Of a DNA stretch of 64,000 nucleotides, positions 11,052-20,284 are shown one piece after another. The notes under the pieces were generated by a model. The model was not told the origin of the DNA. It saw only the letters and a program-made list of their open reading frames with translations, and did no database searches. The stretch is taken from positions 1,682 to 65,681 of the forward strand of contig JAJFKG010000050.1 of assembly GCA_021773335.1 (NCBI GenBank). Reading direction: 5' to 3'. A program made the translations under genes and the position numbers. Numbering within the stretch: position 1 is the first letter of the stretch; each line of letters starts with the position of its first letter. This DNA is from Gammaproteobacteria bacterium (GTDB lineage Bacteria; Pseudomonadota; Gammaproteobacteria; JAJFKG01).

Positions 11052-11309
11052 ATGATAAAGAAAATATTCGCATTATTATTCGCTTGCAGCTTAATCACTA
11101 GCGTAGCCACGATCAGTGGCTGTGCCAGCACAACTAGCGACAGCAAAGCTAGCAGCAGCCAAACAGCGAATAAGGCACCCGCCCCTCCAGGCACTAAACA
11201 AGCTGAACGTGACAAGCAGGCCCAAGAGAAAAAGGCCGTTGAAAAGAAATTGCTGTTGCAACAACAGAATTCGCCAAATGCGATCGGCAGTAGTATGCTC
11301 GGCAACTGA
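11052..11309 (+). CDS. Small lipoprotein of unknown function
   Basis: MIKK followed by a hydrophobic stretch and lipobox ISG-C; low-complexity mature region. Confidence 0.7.
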   Translation: MIKKIFALLFACSLITSVATISGCASTTSDSKASSSQTANKAPAPPGTKQAERDKQAQEKKAVEKKLLLQQQNSPNAIGSSMLGN

Positions 11310-11435
11310 TAGAGCGTCGTATTTTGGTTCAGGGCTGCGTTATGACTTAATTTTGACTCAGTCATTTAGGAATACTAAACTCCTTCGCCAAAATTAAATC
11401 ATGCCTTGTCCTGAACCAAAATACTCGCTCTATCA
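11307..11435. mobile_element. ~130-bp palindromic element (MITE/RPE-like) with a tandem-GA core
   Basis: Arms TGATAGAGCG..GTATTTTGGTTCAGG and CCTGAACCAAAATAC.CGCTCTATCA. The core is shared with 47065-47194. Confidence 0.7.
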
Positions 11436-11484
11436 ATTTATTCACGAAGAGTCCCATCGCTCTGCGGTAAGACCCAATCCTTTT

Positions 11485-11747
11485 CCCGGATGACGCGCGT
11501 ACCGCGCTTATCCGGGCTACGGCTCTATTGTCTCTGCCTCAAGCCCAGATGTAGCCCGAATAAGTTGCGCAGCAACGTCATCCGGGAACAGCAATGGCAA
11601 ACACTCTTCCCGGATGACGCGCGGGCCGCGCTTATCCGGGCTACGGCTCTATTGTCTCTGCCTCAAGCCCAGATGTAGCCCGGATAAGTTGCGTAGCAAC
11701 GTCATCCGGGAACAGCAATGGCAAACACTCTTCCCGGATGACGCGCG
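11485..11747. repeat. Tandem 124-bp units of spacer plus family-B REP doublet
   Basis: GGCTCTATTGTCTCTGCCTCAAGCCCAGATGTAGCCC occurs at 11521 and 11645. Confidence 0.88.
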
Positions 11748-11799
11748 TACCTCTTCATCTCTTTAACAACCGTTGAACTGACGTATGGGGAACGCTATG
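11748..11799. mobile_element. Isolated end of the IS4-like MITE
   Basis: 49/52 identical to 46956-47007; ends in TATGGGGAACGCTATG. Confidence 0.6.
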
Positions 11800-11871
11800 C
11801 CCACAGGGATGGGACGAGGCCCCCCATTTCTTTATACGCCAGATAACAGATGTGCTATACTTGCCCACATT

Positions 11872-12831
11872 ATGAGCGCCAAGCAAATCAAAGCCAAACA
11901 ATACTCACCCTACCTCACCTTCGAGCGCGATACCTGGAAGCAATTCGCAGCCAATGCCTTGTTGACACTGACTGAAGATGAGTTAGCAAAACTACGCGGG
12001 CAAAATGAACCCGTGTCACTCCAAGAAGTTGCTGACTTTTACTTGCCGCTTTCACGTCTACTGAACCTTTACGTGAATGCTTCACAAGATTTACACCAAG
12101 TGACTGGGCGTTTTTTAAATAATCCAGTCCCTAAAGTGCCTTACATCATCGGTATAGCAGGCAGTGTTGCGGTCGGCAAGAGTACGACGTCGCGGATTTT
12201 ACGCGCCCTACTCTCGCGCTGGCCCAACCACAACCACGTCGAAATCGTGACTACCGATGGTTTTTTATACCCAAGTGATGTGCTCGAAGAACGCGACTTG
12301 ATGTCACGCAAGGGCTTTCCAGAAAGTTTTAACACCCGTGAACTTATACAATTTTTGTCAGACCTAAAGGCTGGTAAACCAAACTTAAAAATCCCAATTT
12401 ATTCTCACCGTGTTTACGACATCTTGCCGAACAAATTCAAAACTATCAACCAACCCGATATTATCATCGTCGAAGGCTTGAATGTGTTACAAAATAGTAT
12501 TAATCCTAATGATAGCGCCTCCACGGTGTTTGTATCCGACTTCTTTGATTTTTCAATTTATGTGGACGCCAAAACCGACGACATCAAAGCATGGTTTTTG
12601 CAACGCTTTATGAGTTTTCGTGAGCGTGATCGTCATTCTCCAGAGCTTTTCTTTCATCGTTTTCGTGATATGACAGATAAGGAAGCATTAGCTTACGCGC
12701 TGGATATTTGGCACAACATTAATGAAGCCAATTTGAATGAAAATATTCTGCCGTTTCGTGAACGCGCAAAATGTATTTTGAAAAAAGCAGCAGATCATTC
12801 AGTAGAACGGGTATTGTTACGGAAGTTATGA
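11872..12831 (+). CDS. coaA: Type I pantothenate kinase
   Basis: YLPLSRLL, GSVAVGKSTT P-loop, TTDGFL, KGFPES, EGLNVLQ. The ORF-track N-terminal extension is repeat DNA. Confidence 0.95.
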   Translation: MSAKQIKAKQYSPYLTFERDTWKQFAANALLTLTEDELAKLRGQNEPVSLQEVADFYLPLSRLLNLYVNASQDLHQVTGRFLNNPVPKVPYIIGIAGSVAVGKSTTSRILRALLSRWPNHNHVEIVTTDGFLYPSDVLEERDLMSRKGFPESFNTRELIQFLSDLKAGKPNLKIPIYSHRVYDILPNKFKTINQPDIIIVEGLNVLQNSINPNDSASTVFVSDFFDFSIYVDAKTDDIKAWFLQRFMSFRERDRHSPELFFHRFRDMTDKEALAYALDIWHNINEANLNENILPFRERAKCILKKAADHSVERVLLRKL

Positions 12832-13569
12832 CGCCGCTATTATCCTATCCGGATAATCACTAAAGACACCATCCACGCCCCAGTCAAACAATTCCTTGGC
12901 ACGCTCAGGATCATTGACCGTAAACGCCAGTACATACTGTGCGGTTTGTTTAGCTGTGGCAACGCGTTTGCTATTTAAGGCTCTATGGTGGATATGTAAA
13001 GCGCTACTGCGGCTACCTTCATAGCGGCGTTGCCACCCACGCTGCCAGCGTTTTAATAAGAATCCACGTGGGTATTCGCGTGCTTGTTCACTCAGGTAGT
13101 CCGTCACTACAGCGGAAAAACTCGATAATAAAGGTAACGGTTTGTTGCTAGGCCAATGCGTTTTTATCAAATCCAAGGTACACATGACTGTTGGCAACAC
13201 CCGCCCTGGGCAAGGCTTGATTTCAATATTAGCGCGCATATTCGCTTGCACGATAAAATCTAAGGCATGCACCAAAGTCGGTGCTGTTTCACCGATATAA
13301 TCGCTGCTAAAATGACTACCGACATCAAGTCCGATAATGTCTGCATAGCTCATATGTGCAACTTTTCCACGTCCAGTTGAGGTACGACTGAGTTTTTCAT
13401 CATGAAACAAAATTAAGGCATCATCGGCGGTAAGTTTGACATCGAACTCGACCCACTCAATCCCAAGCTCTTTAGCTTTGCGCAAAGAAGCCAAGGTATT
13501 TTCAGGGGCATAACCGCAAGCACCGCGGTGGCCGATGATGACAGGTAATTGTGGAAAAAGTTCATCCAT
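12826..13569 (-). CDS. ugpQ: Glycerophosphodiester phosphodiesterase
   Basis: IGHRGA, PENTL, EFDV, NIEIK, GVDGVFSDYP. Confidence 0.9.
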   Translation of the reverse strand: MDELFPQLPVIIGHRGACGYAPENTLASLRKAKELGIEWVEFDVKLTADDALILFHDEKLSRTSTGRGKVAHMSYADIIGLDVGSHFSSDYIGETAPTLVHALDFIVQANMRANIEIKPCPGRVLPTVMCTLDLIKTHWPSNKPLPLLSSFSAVVTDYLSEQAREYPRGFLLKRWQRGWQRRYEGSRSSALHIHHRALNSKRVATAKQTAQYVLAFTVNDPERAKELFDWGVDGVFSDYPDRIIAAS

Positions 13570-13595
13570 GAATTCTGGGTAATGGTCTCTTAAGT

Positions 13596-14315
13596 TTAAT
13601 TATTCACTGAACCTGGGCGTGAAGCTAATACCACCGTTGCTGTTTCCATCACTTTATTACTGACTGGCATGGCTTCGGCCGCAGCCGTATTACCCGCCAC
13701 TTTCATCGCCATCATGCGTGGTTGCACAGGCCCCGGTATCACTCGCTCATTGAAATTGATTTCGTGTGAATAATATTTTTGATCTAGGAAAGTCTTATTC
13801 AAACTCGCCAATTCAGCACGTGCTTGTGCATAGATTTGTGCGCGTAATTGCGCCCGTGTTTTTTGTAACTCTGCCACACTAGGGGTATATTGGATACCAA
13901 CTACCGTGTATTTTTGTCCCGCTTGGCTGATAGTCTTGGCTTGACTACGAATACTCGCTAATTGTGACGCCGGAATACGTGCTTCAGCGCGTACTGACAA
14001 TTGCTCCAAGCCTGACTGATTTTGGCTACGGTCAAAACGGGTCACATGCCATTGTGCTTTAGGCGCCAATTTTTGTAAATTTTGCATAATATCCTGATGA
14101 ATTTGCGCTAAGCCTTGCTGGTTGAGTGACGCATTCACACCAATGACGACTTTCGCCGTATTTGTACTCGCCCATTTGCTCGCTGTAAATTGATAACTGA
14201 CTTTATTCAAAGGCGGCCAAGTATTAATCGTAGTGCTTGAATCAGCCCACACGCTCACACTAAAAAGTAACATAATTGCACAAAATAGTCTAATCGCTGT
14301 ATTTTTCATCATCAT
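13596..14315 (-). CDS. Exported protein, possibly SIMPL/DUF541-like
   Basis: Signal peptide ending VWA-D; alpha/beta pattern and a PRMMAMK segment near the C-terminus typical of SIMPL proteins. Confidence 0.55.
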   Translation of the reverse strand: MMMKNTAIRLFCAIMLLFSVSVWADSSTTINTWPPLNKVSYQFTASKWASTNTAKVVIGVNASLNQQGLAQIHQDIMQNLQKLAPKAQWHVTRFDRSQNQSGLEQLSVRAEARIPASQLASIRSQAKTISQAGQKYTVVGIQYTPSVAELQKTRAQLRAQIYAQARAELASLNKTFLDQKYYSHEINFNERVIPGPVQPRMMAMKVAGNTAAAEAMPVSNKVMETATVVLASRPGSVNN

Positions 14316-14619
14316 AAGTACCTCAATGTGTAATCAAAACCGTTTAGTAACTTTTTATCCTCATACCTGACTCAAATGGTTTATTCGCTGAGCGTTTATT
14401 GCTTCGGAAATCGAGTTTGTTATGTTATGCTTTGGCGCCGAAATAGTAGCACTGACAGTAGGATACGTATACACATTCTTTACAAAACTGTCCTCAAATT
14501 GCTCAACTTTTAACATTGGCAGAACTTACGTAAAACCTCGCAGCACAGCACACACGTTGTGGTGGTGTTTTATGTAATTTTTGCAAAACTACAAAACTAT
14601 CATGCAGAGGGAAATTTAA

Positions 14620-15690
14620 ATGACCACTGACACAAACCAGGACAAAGCCATCCGTGATGACATCTTCGAATACGCTTCTTACCTCGAATTTGGTGAATTA
14701 CATTTTAAAGTTGATAATACAACGGGCTTGCGCGCATGCATCGCCATCCATAGCCTTAAACGTGGCCCCGCGCTGGGTGGTTGTCGCTTTATTGAATATG
14801 GTTCCACCATGGATGCCGTTCGTGATGCCATGCGCTTAGCCAAAGGCATGAGTTATAAAGCCGCTATCTGTGATTTGACCTTAGGTGGCGGCAAAGCTGT
14901 CATCATGAAACCTGCGAATATGGGCGACCGTGAAGCTTTTTTTAAGGTCTTCGGGCAATTTGTTGATAGTCTCAATGGCCGCTACATCACGGCAAAAGAC
15001 AGTGGCTCAAGCACCGCTGATATGGATGCCATTGCCACTGAAACCGCCTATGTAACGAGCACTTCAAAAATGGAAAATGGCTTAAATGGCGATCCGTCAC
15101 CGTTTACCTCTTACAGTGTCTGTCGAGGTATTGAGGCAGCTGTACAATTTAAATTAGGGCAGACGGGTTTAAATGGGATTCACGTCGCAATTCAAGGGGT
15201 CGGGGCCGTCGGCTATGGCTTGGCAAAGCGTGTGCATGAACTCGGTGCCACCTTGACAGTGAGTGACATCAACCCAGAATCCACACAACGATGTGCACAA
15301 GAATTTGGTGCCCAAGTAGTCGAAGGTGACGCCATTTACCAGGTTGATTGCGATGTATTTTCACCCTGTGCGTTGGGTGCAGTATTGAATGATGATACCA
15401 TCCCATTGCTCAAGGCGGGCATCATTGTCGGTGCGGCAAACAATCAACTCGCACGCACACGCCATGGTGAAATCTTACGTGAACGCGGCGTACTTTATGC
15501 GCCAGATTACATCACCAATGCCGGTGGATTAATTCACGCTTCAGCGCAATACCACAAGTCATCTGAAAAAACGGCGATGGAACAAATCAGCCGCTTGTAC
15601 GGCGTCTTATTAGGTGTATTCGATCGTGCCGAACAAGATGGCAAACCAACTAATGAAGTCGCCGATGCGATGGCGGAAGAAAAATTGTAG
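14620..15690 (+). CDS. ldh: Leucine (Glu/Leu/Phe/Val) dehydrogenase
   Basis: GPALGGCR, GGGKAVI, GDPSPFT, GVGAVG, GAANNQL, PDYITNAGG. Confidence 0.92.
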   Translation: MTTDTNQDKAIRDDIFEYASYLEFGELHFKVDNTTGLRACIAIHSLKRGPALGGCRFIEYGSTMDAVRDAMRLAKGMSYKAAICDLTLGGGKAVIMKPANMGDREAFFKVFGQFVDSLNGRYITAKDSGSSTADMDAIATETAYVTSTSKMENGLNGDPSPFTSYSVCRGIEAAVQFKLGQTGLNGIHVAIQGVGAVGYGLAKRVHELGATLTVSDINPESTQRCAQEFGAQVVEGDAIYQVDCDVFSPCALGAVLNDDTIPLLKAGIIVGAANNQLARTRHGEILRERGVLYAPDYITNAGGLIHASAQYHKSSEKTAMEQISRLYGVLLGVFDRAEQDGKPTNEVADAMAEEKL

Positions 15691-15731
15691 TCCCTATTTG
15701 TGACCGCGCAGGATGGCGAGAGAACAACGAT

Positions 15732-15771
15732 GTAGCCCGGACAAGCACCGTAGGCACGGCATCCGGGCTAC
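15732..15771. repeat. Family-B REP hairpin
   Basis: GTAGCCCGGA...TCCGGGCTAC. Confidence 0.75.
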
Positions 15772-15821
15772 GATCAAAAGATGACTAAACACAAGAGCAA
15801 CAAATAATGAGGAGAACATCG

Positions 15822-16898
15822 GTGACCACTGTCGCTAATTTTGCAATTGACTATCGTCAATACCTTAATGAACACGGCGAAGTAAATACTAAGTTACCAG
15901 ACTTTGCTAATAACAGCGATACGCTCATACAAAACTACCAAGACATGGTGCTGACACGCACCTTTGATTTAAAGGCAGTGACTTTACAACGCACCGGTAA
16001 ACTCGGGACTTTTCCGCCAATCTTAGGACAAGAAGCGCTTTCTGTCGGCATCGGCAGCAGCATGCAAAAAGATGATGTGCTCGTTCCCTCTTATCGTGAC
16101 CATGGTGCCCAATTTCAGCGTGGCGTCAGCATGCAAGAAGTTTTGCTCTATTGGGGTGGCGATGAGCGCGGTAGCAATTTTGCAAGCGCCAATGCCAAAG
16201 ATGATTTGCCTATATCGGTACCGATAGCTAGTCAATATTTACATGCTGCCGGCATAGCCAAAGCCTTTCAATATCGCCAACAAAAACGTGTAGCCGTGAC
16301 ATTTTGTGGTGATGGCGGTACTTCCGAGGGCGATTTTTACGAGGCTATCAACCTCGCTGGCACTTGGAAATTGCCTGTCGTTTTTATCGTTAGTAATAAT
16401 CAATGGGCAATCTCAGTACCCCGCGACATTCAAAGCGGTTGTGAAACCCTCGCACAAAAAGCGATTGCTGCTGGCTTCACCGGCGTACAAGTCGATGGTA
16501 ACGACATAATAGCAGTGCGTGAGGCATCCCTTAACGCATTAGAGCATGCGCGCAATGGTAATGGCCCCGCATTAATTGAAGCAATTACTTATCGCCTTGG
16601 CGACCACACGACTGCCGATGATGCCAAACGTTATCGTAGCAGAGAAGAAACCAATGCCGCATGGCAGCGCGAGCCAATAGCGCGTTTAAAAAGTTATTTA
16701 GTGAATATCGGCGTATGGAATGAAGAACAAGAAAAAAACCTGCAAACACAGTGCGCAGCTAAAGTCGAAAAAGCCGTCAAAGCCTTCTTAGATATGCCCA
16801 AGCCCAACGTCACTGAAATTTTCGATAGTTTATACGCACAATTACCTGAAGCTTTGATCGAACAACGCGAAGAAGCCATTAGCGAAGCAAGCAGTTGA
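15822..16898 (+). CDS. 2-oxoacid (branched-chain/pyruvate) dehydrogenase E1 alpha
   Basis: TPP motif GDGGTSEGDF...NN and HTTADD. GTG start follows the SD GAGGAG. Confidence 0.92.
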   Translation: MTTVANFAIDYRQYLNEHGEVNTKLPDFANNSDTLIQNYQDMVLTRTFDLKAVTLQRTGKLGTFPPILGQEALSVGIGSSMQKDDVLVPSYRDHGAQFQRGVSMQEVLLYWGGDERGSNFASANAKDDLPISVPIASQYLHAAGIAKAFQYRQQKRVAVTFCGDGGTSEGDFYEAINLAGTWKLPVVFIVSNNQWAISVPRDIQSGCETLAQKAIAAGFTGVQVDGNDIIAVREASLNALEHARNGNGPALIEAITYRLGDHTTADDAKRYRSREETNAAWQREPIARLKSYLVNIGVWNEEQEKNLQTQCAAKVEKAVKAFLDMPKPNVTEIFDSLYAQLPEALIEQREEAISEASS

Positions 16899-16911
16899 GG
16901 AGCCCGCTTTT

Positions 16912-17901
16912 ATGCCTGAAATTACCCCCGAGATTACATTAGTCGAAGCCATACCCCAAGCTTTGGCTTATGAAATGCAACACGACAAAGACGTCGTGGT
17001 ATTAGGAGAAGACGTTGGTGCCAATGGAGGTGTGTTTCGCGCCACAGCCGGCCTACACGAACGTTTTGGATCTGAACGCGTCATGGATACTCCCTTAGCC
17101 GAGTCAATGATTGGCGGCATGTCAGTCGGCATGGCGACACAAGGCATGAAGCCCGTGGCAGAATTCCAATTCATGGGTTTTATCTATCCGGCCGTCAATC
17201 AAATCGTATGTCACGCGGCGCGCATGCGCAACCGTACGCGTGGACGTTTGAGTTGCCCTATCGTGTATCGCGCGCCTTATGGCGGCGGCATACACGCCCC
17301 AGAACATCATTCAGAAAGCACCGAAGCGATGTTTGCGCATATTCCAGGTTTACGGGTGGTTATACCCTCTTCGCCTGCGCGCGCTTATGGTTTATTGCTG
17401 GCGGCGATTCGCAATCCGGACCCAGTAATTTTCCTCGAGCCCAAGCGTATCTATCGTTTAGTCAAACAAGAAGTACCTGATAATGGCGAAGCATTACCAT
17501 TAGATAAGTGTTTCGTTTTGCGTGAAGGCAGTGACATTACCCTCGTTACGTGGGGTGCGATGACGCATGAAACCCAACAAGCCGCTGACCAGCTCGCGCA
17601 CCAAGGTATTCAAGCCGACATCATCGATGTCGCAACGGTAAAACCGTTGGATATCGATACCATTCTCAATTCCGTCGAAAAAACTGGGCGTTGCGTGATT
17701 ATCCAAGAAGCGGCACGCACCTGTAGCGTCGGCGCTGAAATTGCGGCGCAAATCGGCGAAAAAGCCTTTGATTACCTACAAGCACCATTGCGTCGTGTCA
17801 GCGGTTATGACACCGTGATGCCTTATTACAAGCTCGAAAAACAATATATGCCCAGTGTGAAACGCATCTTAAATGCCGCACATGAATTAATGGAGTATTA
17901 A
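16912..17901 (+). CDS. 2-oxoacid dehydrogenase E1 beta
   Basis: GEDVG..GGVFR, DTPLAE, EFQFMGF, HHSES. Confidence 0.93.
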   Translation: MPEITPEITLVEAIPQALAYEMQHDKDVVVLGEDVGANGGVFRATAGLHERFGSERVMDTPLAESMIGGMSVGMATQGMKPVAEFQFMGFIYPAVNQIVCHAARMRNRTRGRLSCPIVYRAPYGGGIHAPEHHSESTEAMFAHIPGLRVVIPSSPARAYGLLLAAIRNPDPVIFLEPKRIYRLVKQEVPDNGEALPLDKCFVLREGSDITLVTWGAMTHETQQAADQLAHQGIQADIIDVATVKPLDIDTILNSVEKTGRCVIIQEAARTCSVGAEIAAQIGEKAFDYLQAPLRRVSGYDTVMPYYKLEKQYMPSVKRILNAAHELMEY

Positions 17902-17905
17902 CATT

Positions 17906-19114
17906 ATGAAAATTTTTAAATTACCCGACCTTGGTGAAGGCTTACCCGATGCTGAAATTCACGAATGGTATGTCAAAGAAGGCGATGAAATAAAAGCTGA
18001 TGAAAATATGGTATCGATGGAAACGGCTAAAGCTGTCGTTGATGTGCCTGCGCCGCGCAGTGGTAAAATTGCCAAGCTGTATGGCAAATCAGGCGATGTT
18101 ATCAATACTGGTGCGCCTTTAGTTGAATTTACTGATGCGGGTGAAGAAGAAACAGCTAGCCCTGATGCCACCGCTACAGCTAGCGAAACCAAGGCCGATG
18201 CCAATGCCGCTACTGTTGCCGGTGCGATCGAAGTCGGTAATCGGGTGATTAAAGAATCCGCCACGGGTATCACGCCAACACAAAGTGGTTCAGGCCAACG
18301 TATCAAAGCCGTACCCGCCGCACGCGTACTGGCGAAACGTTTAAACATCGATTTGACGCGGGTCATTGGCTCAGGCGCGGCAGGCACAATCCGCTTAGCC
18401 GATGTTGAACAAGCCGCCAAACAAGGTGGCGCCACTTTAGCACCTACTGCACCACAAACACGCAGTGCACCCAAAGCAGGTTACGAGCCAGTTCGTGGTG
18501 TGCGCCGCGCTATGGCCCAAGCGATGTCTGAGTCACACGCGCAAGTTGTCCCTGTGACGCTAAACGATGATGCTAACCTTAGTCATTGGATAAGCGGTAA
18601 TGATATCACCTTACGCGTCATCCGCGCGATCGCTGCTGGTTGCAAAACCGAGCCTGGTTTGAACGCGCATTACGACGGTGCAGCCAATGCACTCAAGCTT
18701 AACGATACTATTAATCTCGGCCTGGCAATGGATTCCCCTGATGGCTTATTCGTGCCCGTCTTAAAAGACATAGGCAACCGTGATGGCAAAACTTTACGTG
18801 ACAACATCAATCGTTACAAACAAGAAGTGAAAGACCGAGCGATTGCACAAGATGATTTGCGTGATCCCACACTTACCCTGTCTAACTTCGGCATGTTCGC
18901 TGGTCGTTATGCCAATCCAGTTATTGTCCCCCCCACCGTGGCTATCCTAGGTACCGGACGTTTATATACGACAGCCGCTATTAATGCTGAAGGTGAAGCC
19001 GTACAACAACGTCTCATGCCATTGTCCTTAACCTTTGATCACCGCGCTTGCACCGGCGGCGAAGCCGCACGCTTTTTAGCCTCAGTGATTAAAGACTTAG
19101 AATTGGCGGAGTAA
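17906..19114 (+). CDS. Dihydrolipoamide acyltransferase E2 with a single lipoyl domain
   Basis: LPDLGEG, ETAKA lipoyl lysine, PAAR subunit-binding domain, LSLTFDHR. Confidence 0.93.
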   Translation: MKIFKLPDLGEGLPDAEIHEWYVKEGDEIKADENMVSMETAKAVVDVPAPRSGKIAKLYGKSGDVINTGAPLVEFTDAGEEETASPDATATASETKADANAATVAGAIEVGNRVIKESATGITPTQSGSGQRIKAVPAARVLAKRLNIDLTRVIGSGAAGTIRLADVEQAAKQGGATLAPTAPQTRSAPKAGYEPVRGVRRAMAQAMSESHAQVVPVTLNDDANLSHWISGNDITLRVIRAIAAGCKTEPGLNAHYDGAANALKLNDTINLGLAMDSPDGLFVPVLKDIGNRDGKTLRDNINRYKQEVKDRAIAQDDLRDPTLTLSNFGMFAGRYANPVIVPPTVAILGTGRLYTTAAINAEGEAVQQRLMPLSLTFDHRACTGGEAARFLASVIKDLELAE

Positions 19115-19122
19115 GAAACTCG

Positions 19123-19302
19123 TGTCATCCTGCCTGTCCCTGTGGAGGGCACAACGAAGGATCTTTTTGGTTTACTACGGTGCGAAAACAAAAAGATCCT
19201 TCGTTTTGGAAATTCTCAGTGTTGCCATTAGCTAACTACAAACCAACGCACAAACAACGATGCCTTTGTTATGGGGTCAAGATGACAAACGCTCAGGATA
19301 AC
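19123..19302. repeat. Degenerate TGTC/CGTC-type REP doublet between convergent genes (possible bidirectional terminator)
   Basis: Outer ends TGTCATCCTG and GCTCAGGATAAC. Perfect 17-bp inverted repeat AACGAAGGATCTTTTTG at 19153-19169 and 19189-19205. Confidence 0.7.
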
Positions 19303-19326
19303 GAGAATTGTGTACAAGCTGATGTT

Positions 19327-20091
19327 TTATTTGGGTTGCATGCGTATCGCGCCGTCAAGCCGCACCACCGACCCATTCATCATTTCATTCTCAACAATAA
19401 ACTTCACCAACTCCGCGAACTCTTGCGGTTGCGCGAGACGTTTGGGGAATGGTACTGAGGCAGCCAAGCTGTCCTGTACATCTTGCGGCATATTCAATAA
19501 TAGAGGTGTCGCGACTAAGCCAGGCGCAATTGCCATGACGCGTACGCCAAACTGTGCCATTTCACGTGCTGCGGGTAAGGTCATACCCACTACCCCACCC
19601 TTCGATGCACTATACGCGGTTTGCCCGATTTGACCTTCATAAGCAGCAACCGAAGCCGTATTGATCACGACACCACGTTCACCACTATCGCCTAAGGATT
19701 CTTGTTCCACCATGTCGGCAGAAGCTAAGCGCATTGCGTTAAAAGTACCAATAAGGTTGATATTAATGACTTTGGCGAAATCAGCTAAAGGCATGGGCCC
19801 TTTGCGCCCTACCATGCGTTTTGCTGGTGCAACGCCGGCACAACACACACAAATGCGCACTAAACCGAGTTTATCGTGAATAGTATCAAAAGCTTGTTGC
19901 ATATCCTCAGCGCTGGTGACATCGCAAGGAATGGCAACCCCCCCCGTCTCCTTAGCAACTTCTGCTAAGGCTTCTTCATTAACATCTAACAGAGCAACAC
20001 GTGCGCCTGCGGCGGCAAGGTGTTTTGCGCTTGCTGCGCCCATGCCCGAGGCAGCACCGGTGATAACAGCAATTTTATCCTTGATTTGCAT
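19327..20091 (-). CDS. SDR 3-hydroxyacyl-CoA dehydrogenase, type II (HSD10-like)
   Basis: TGAASGMG, ERGVVINTASVAA, YSASKGG, RLDGAIRM. Confidence 0.9.
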   Translation of the reverse strand: MQIKDKIAVITGAASGMGAASAKHLAAAGARVALLDVNEEALAEVAKETGGVAIPCDVTSAEDMQQAFDTIHDKLGLVRICVCCAGVAPAKRMVGRKGPMPLADFAKVININLIGTFNAMRLASADMVEQESLGDSGERGVVINTASVAAYEGQIGQTAYSASKGGVVGMTLPAAREMAQFGVRVMAIAPGLVATPLLLNMPQDVQDSLAASVPFPKRLAQPQEFAELVKFIVENEMMNGSVVRLDGAIRMQPK

Positions 20092-20116
20092 GATTGATCC
20101 TTAGTTTCAGCATTTT

Positions 20117-20207
20117 GTAACCTTGATAAGCAACCTAGTCGCGCATCAAGGTTATCTATAAAACATCCAAAAAAAGCCTTGATGCGCCGCTAAGCGACTT
20201 ATCAAGC
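20117..20207. repeat. Degenerate family-A REP doublet
   Basis: GTAACCTTGATAAG..CATCAAGG and CCTTGATGCG..CTTATCAAG. Confidence 0.75.
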
Positions 20208-20284
20208 CCATATCTATTTTTAAGTTGATTAGAATTTCAGCGCCAAAGGCGATAGAATAGCGACTTTTTAACCCGAATGAAAGT

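Noticed and set aside
17959-18474. Antisense and alternate-frame ORFs inside housekeeping genes (this one and many others in the track)
   Set aside because: They overlap strongly supported genes, show no family motifs, and are expected shadows of codon bias.
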